Position numbers and translations under genes: made by a program
Notes under the pieces: model-generated
What the model was told of the DNA's origin: nothing
Database searches by the model: none
Seen by the model: only the letters and a program-made list of their open reading frames with translations
Assembly (NCBI GenBank): GCA_050738535.1
Contig: JBOHZT010000001.1
Coordinates: 1-53,335 of the forward strand
Direction: 5' to 3'
Length of the DNA: 53,335 bases
Source: Steroidobacteraceae bacterium
Lineage (GTDB): Bacteria > Pseudomonadota > Gammaproteobacteria > Steroidobacterales > Steroidobacteraceae
Shown here: piece after piece, positions 52,321-53,335 of the stretch
How positions within the stretch are numbered: the first letter of the stretch is position 1
Layout of the letters: every line of letters begins with the position of its first letter

Positions 52321-53335
52321 ATGAGTGCTGATTTTCGGCGTCCTCACGCCGCCTACCTCGCCAAGCGCCTCGTCGAGCCGCGTCGCTTCCTGCAGGTCAT
52401 CACGGGGCCTCGGCAGGTCGGGAAATCGACACTGGTCCAGCAGGTCACCTCGGATCTCGAGGCACCGGTGCGCTATGCGAGTGCCGATGAGCCCACGCTC
52501 CGCTCGGCCGATTGGATCGGTCAACAGTGGGACGCCGCCAGGCTGCAATCCGGCGCGCGATCGTCCGCCGGTGCAGTGCTGGTGCTCGATGAAATCCAAA
52601 AGATCCCTGGCTGGTCGGAAACGGTCAAGCGGTTATGGGATGAGGACACTCGGGCGCGCCGGCCGCTCAAGGTCGTTGTGCTTGGGTCCGCGCCACTGCT
52701 GGTCACGAAAGGACTCACAGAAAGCCTGGCTGGCCGATTCGAGACGCTGCACTTGCCCCACTGGTCCTTCTCCGAGATGCGAGCAGCATTCGGCTGGTCG
52801 CTCGACGATTACCTTTTTTATGGCGGTTATCCGGGCGCAGCGGGCCTCATTGGGGAGTCGGAGCGGTGGATGCGATATATCGCGGACAGCTTGATCGAGA
52901 CCTCGATCTCGCGGGATGTGCTCCTGCTTACGCGCGTCGACAAGCCGGCGCTGTTGAGGCGGCTGTTCGAGCTCGCCTGCCGCTATTCCGGACAGGTGTT
53001 GTCCTACACCAAGATGCTCGGCCAGCTTCAGGATGCCGGGAACACGACCACTCTGGCGCACTATCTGCAGTTGCTCGAAGGAGCGGGCATGGTCTGCGGA
53101 TTACCCAAGTACGCGGGCGATCTGGCGCGCAGCCGTGGCTCGAGCCCGAAGCTTCAGGTGCTGAACACCGCGCTGATGAGCACGACTTCGGGTCTTACAT
53201 CCCGCGATGCTCGGGCCGATCACGAATTTTGGGGGCGCCTCGTAGAATCGGCAGTCGGAGCGCATCTCGCCAACGCCGCGGTCGAGGGGGGATGTTCCAT
53301 CTCGTACTGGCGAGAAGGGAACTTCGAAGTGGATT
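52321..53335 (+). CDS. AAA+ ATPase (AAA_14 + DUF4143 family), 3' end beyond the window
   Basis: Hand translation: MSADFRRPHAAYLAKRLVEPRRFLQVITGPRQVGKSTLVQQV...AVLVLDEIQKIPGWSETVKRLWDED...LSYTKMLGQLQDAGNTTTLAHYLQLLEGAGMV.... It is open to the window end, so it is absent from the ORF track. Distant paralog of 40483..41652. Confidence 0.8.
   Translation, partial: MSADFRRPHAAYLAKRLVEPRRFLQVITGPRQVGKSTLVQQVTSDLEAPVRYASADEPTLRSADWIGQQWDAARLQSGARSSAGAVLVLDEIQKIPGWSETVKRLWDEDTRARRPLKVVVLGSAPLLVTKGLTESLAGRFETLHLPHWSFSEMRAAFGWSLDDYLFYGGYPGAAGLIGESERWMRYIADSLIETSISRDVLLLTRVDKPALLRRLFELACRYSGQVLSYTKMLGQLQDAGNTTTLAHYLQLLEGAGMVCGLPKYAGDLARSRGSSPKLQVLNTALMSTTSGLTSRDARADHEFWGRLVESAVGAHLANAAVEGGCSISYWREGNFEVD

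Noticed and set aside
52651-52660. A 10-nt match (cgggcgcgcc) to the tRNA-Arg 3' acceptor region, considered as a possible distal att site.
   Set aside because: It is too short and too GC-rich to be meaningful in this genome, the flanking bases differ, and it lies inside a coding region. A proper computational repeat search is still needed.

Overview
GC-rich proteobacterial chromosomal window with about 50 genes. The high GC produces long spurious antisense ORFs over most real genes. Order, left to right: GNAT, SCO-like thioredoxin-fold protein, yajR-type MFS, ClC channel, MarR, a disrupted cardiolipin synthase, a decayed encapsulin shell remnant, a mannitol/sorbitol-type ABC importer (mtlEFGK-like) followed by a 747-aa HAD-phosphatase::mannitol-1-phosphate-dehydrogenase fusion, a P-type ATPase tail relic, MAPEG, LysR with alpha/beta hydrolase and a frameshifted SDR, GH15, cyoABCD (no cyoE), nitrobindin-like protein, rnk, secreted Vgb-like propeller, pobA, M13 peptidase, a run of small-molecule-binding folds (Tat-NTF2, four-repeat MoaF/PAD-like calycin protein, DUF1348, Tat-VOC, CMD, DUF488, FAD monooxygenase), polB, a SnoaL-like protein and tRNA-Arg(ACG). 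Directly after the tRNA lies a small accessory islet with no integrase: two tiny overlapping genes, a DUF4143 AAA+ ATPase, a ComF-like phosphoribosyltransferase, a DprA-like protein, and a Phd antitoxin paired with a nucleotidyltransferase-fold partner. The window then continues with an SH3 protein, an AraC regulator, a 1305-aa TonB-dependent receptor, an MFS transporter and a second DUF4143 ATPase that runs off the edge. Most interesting: the DprA-like/PRTase(/ATPase) operon, a candidate anti-phage 'DprA-PPRT'-type module of unknown mechanism. A perfect 59-bp direct repeat has one copy abutting the dprA-like ATG and the other inside the ATPase gene. Also notable: the Phd-NTase pair with a palindromic operator, the HAD::M1PDH fusion next to a polyol importer, and an unusual density of gene lesions and relics (cls, encapsulin, SDR, P-type ATPase, GNAT). 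No CRISPR array, rRNA, transposase or integrase was seen.
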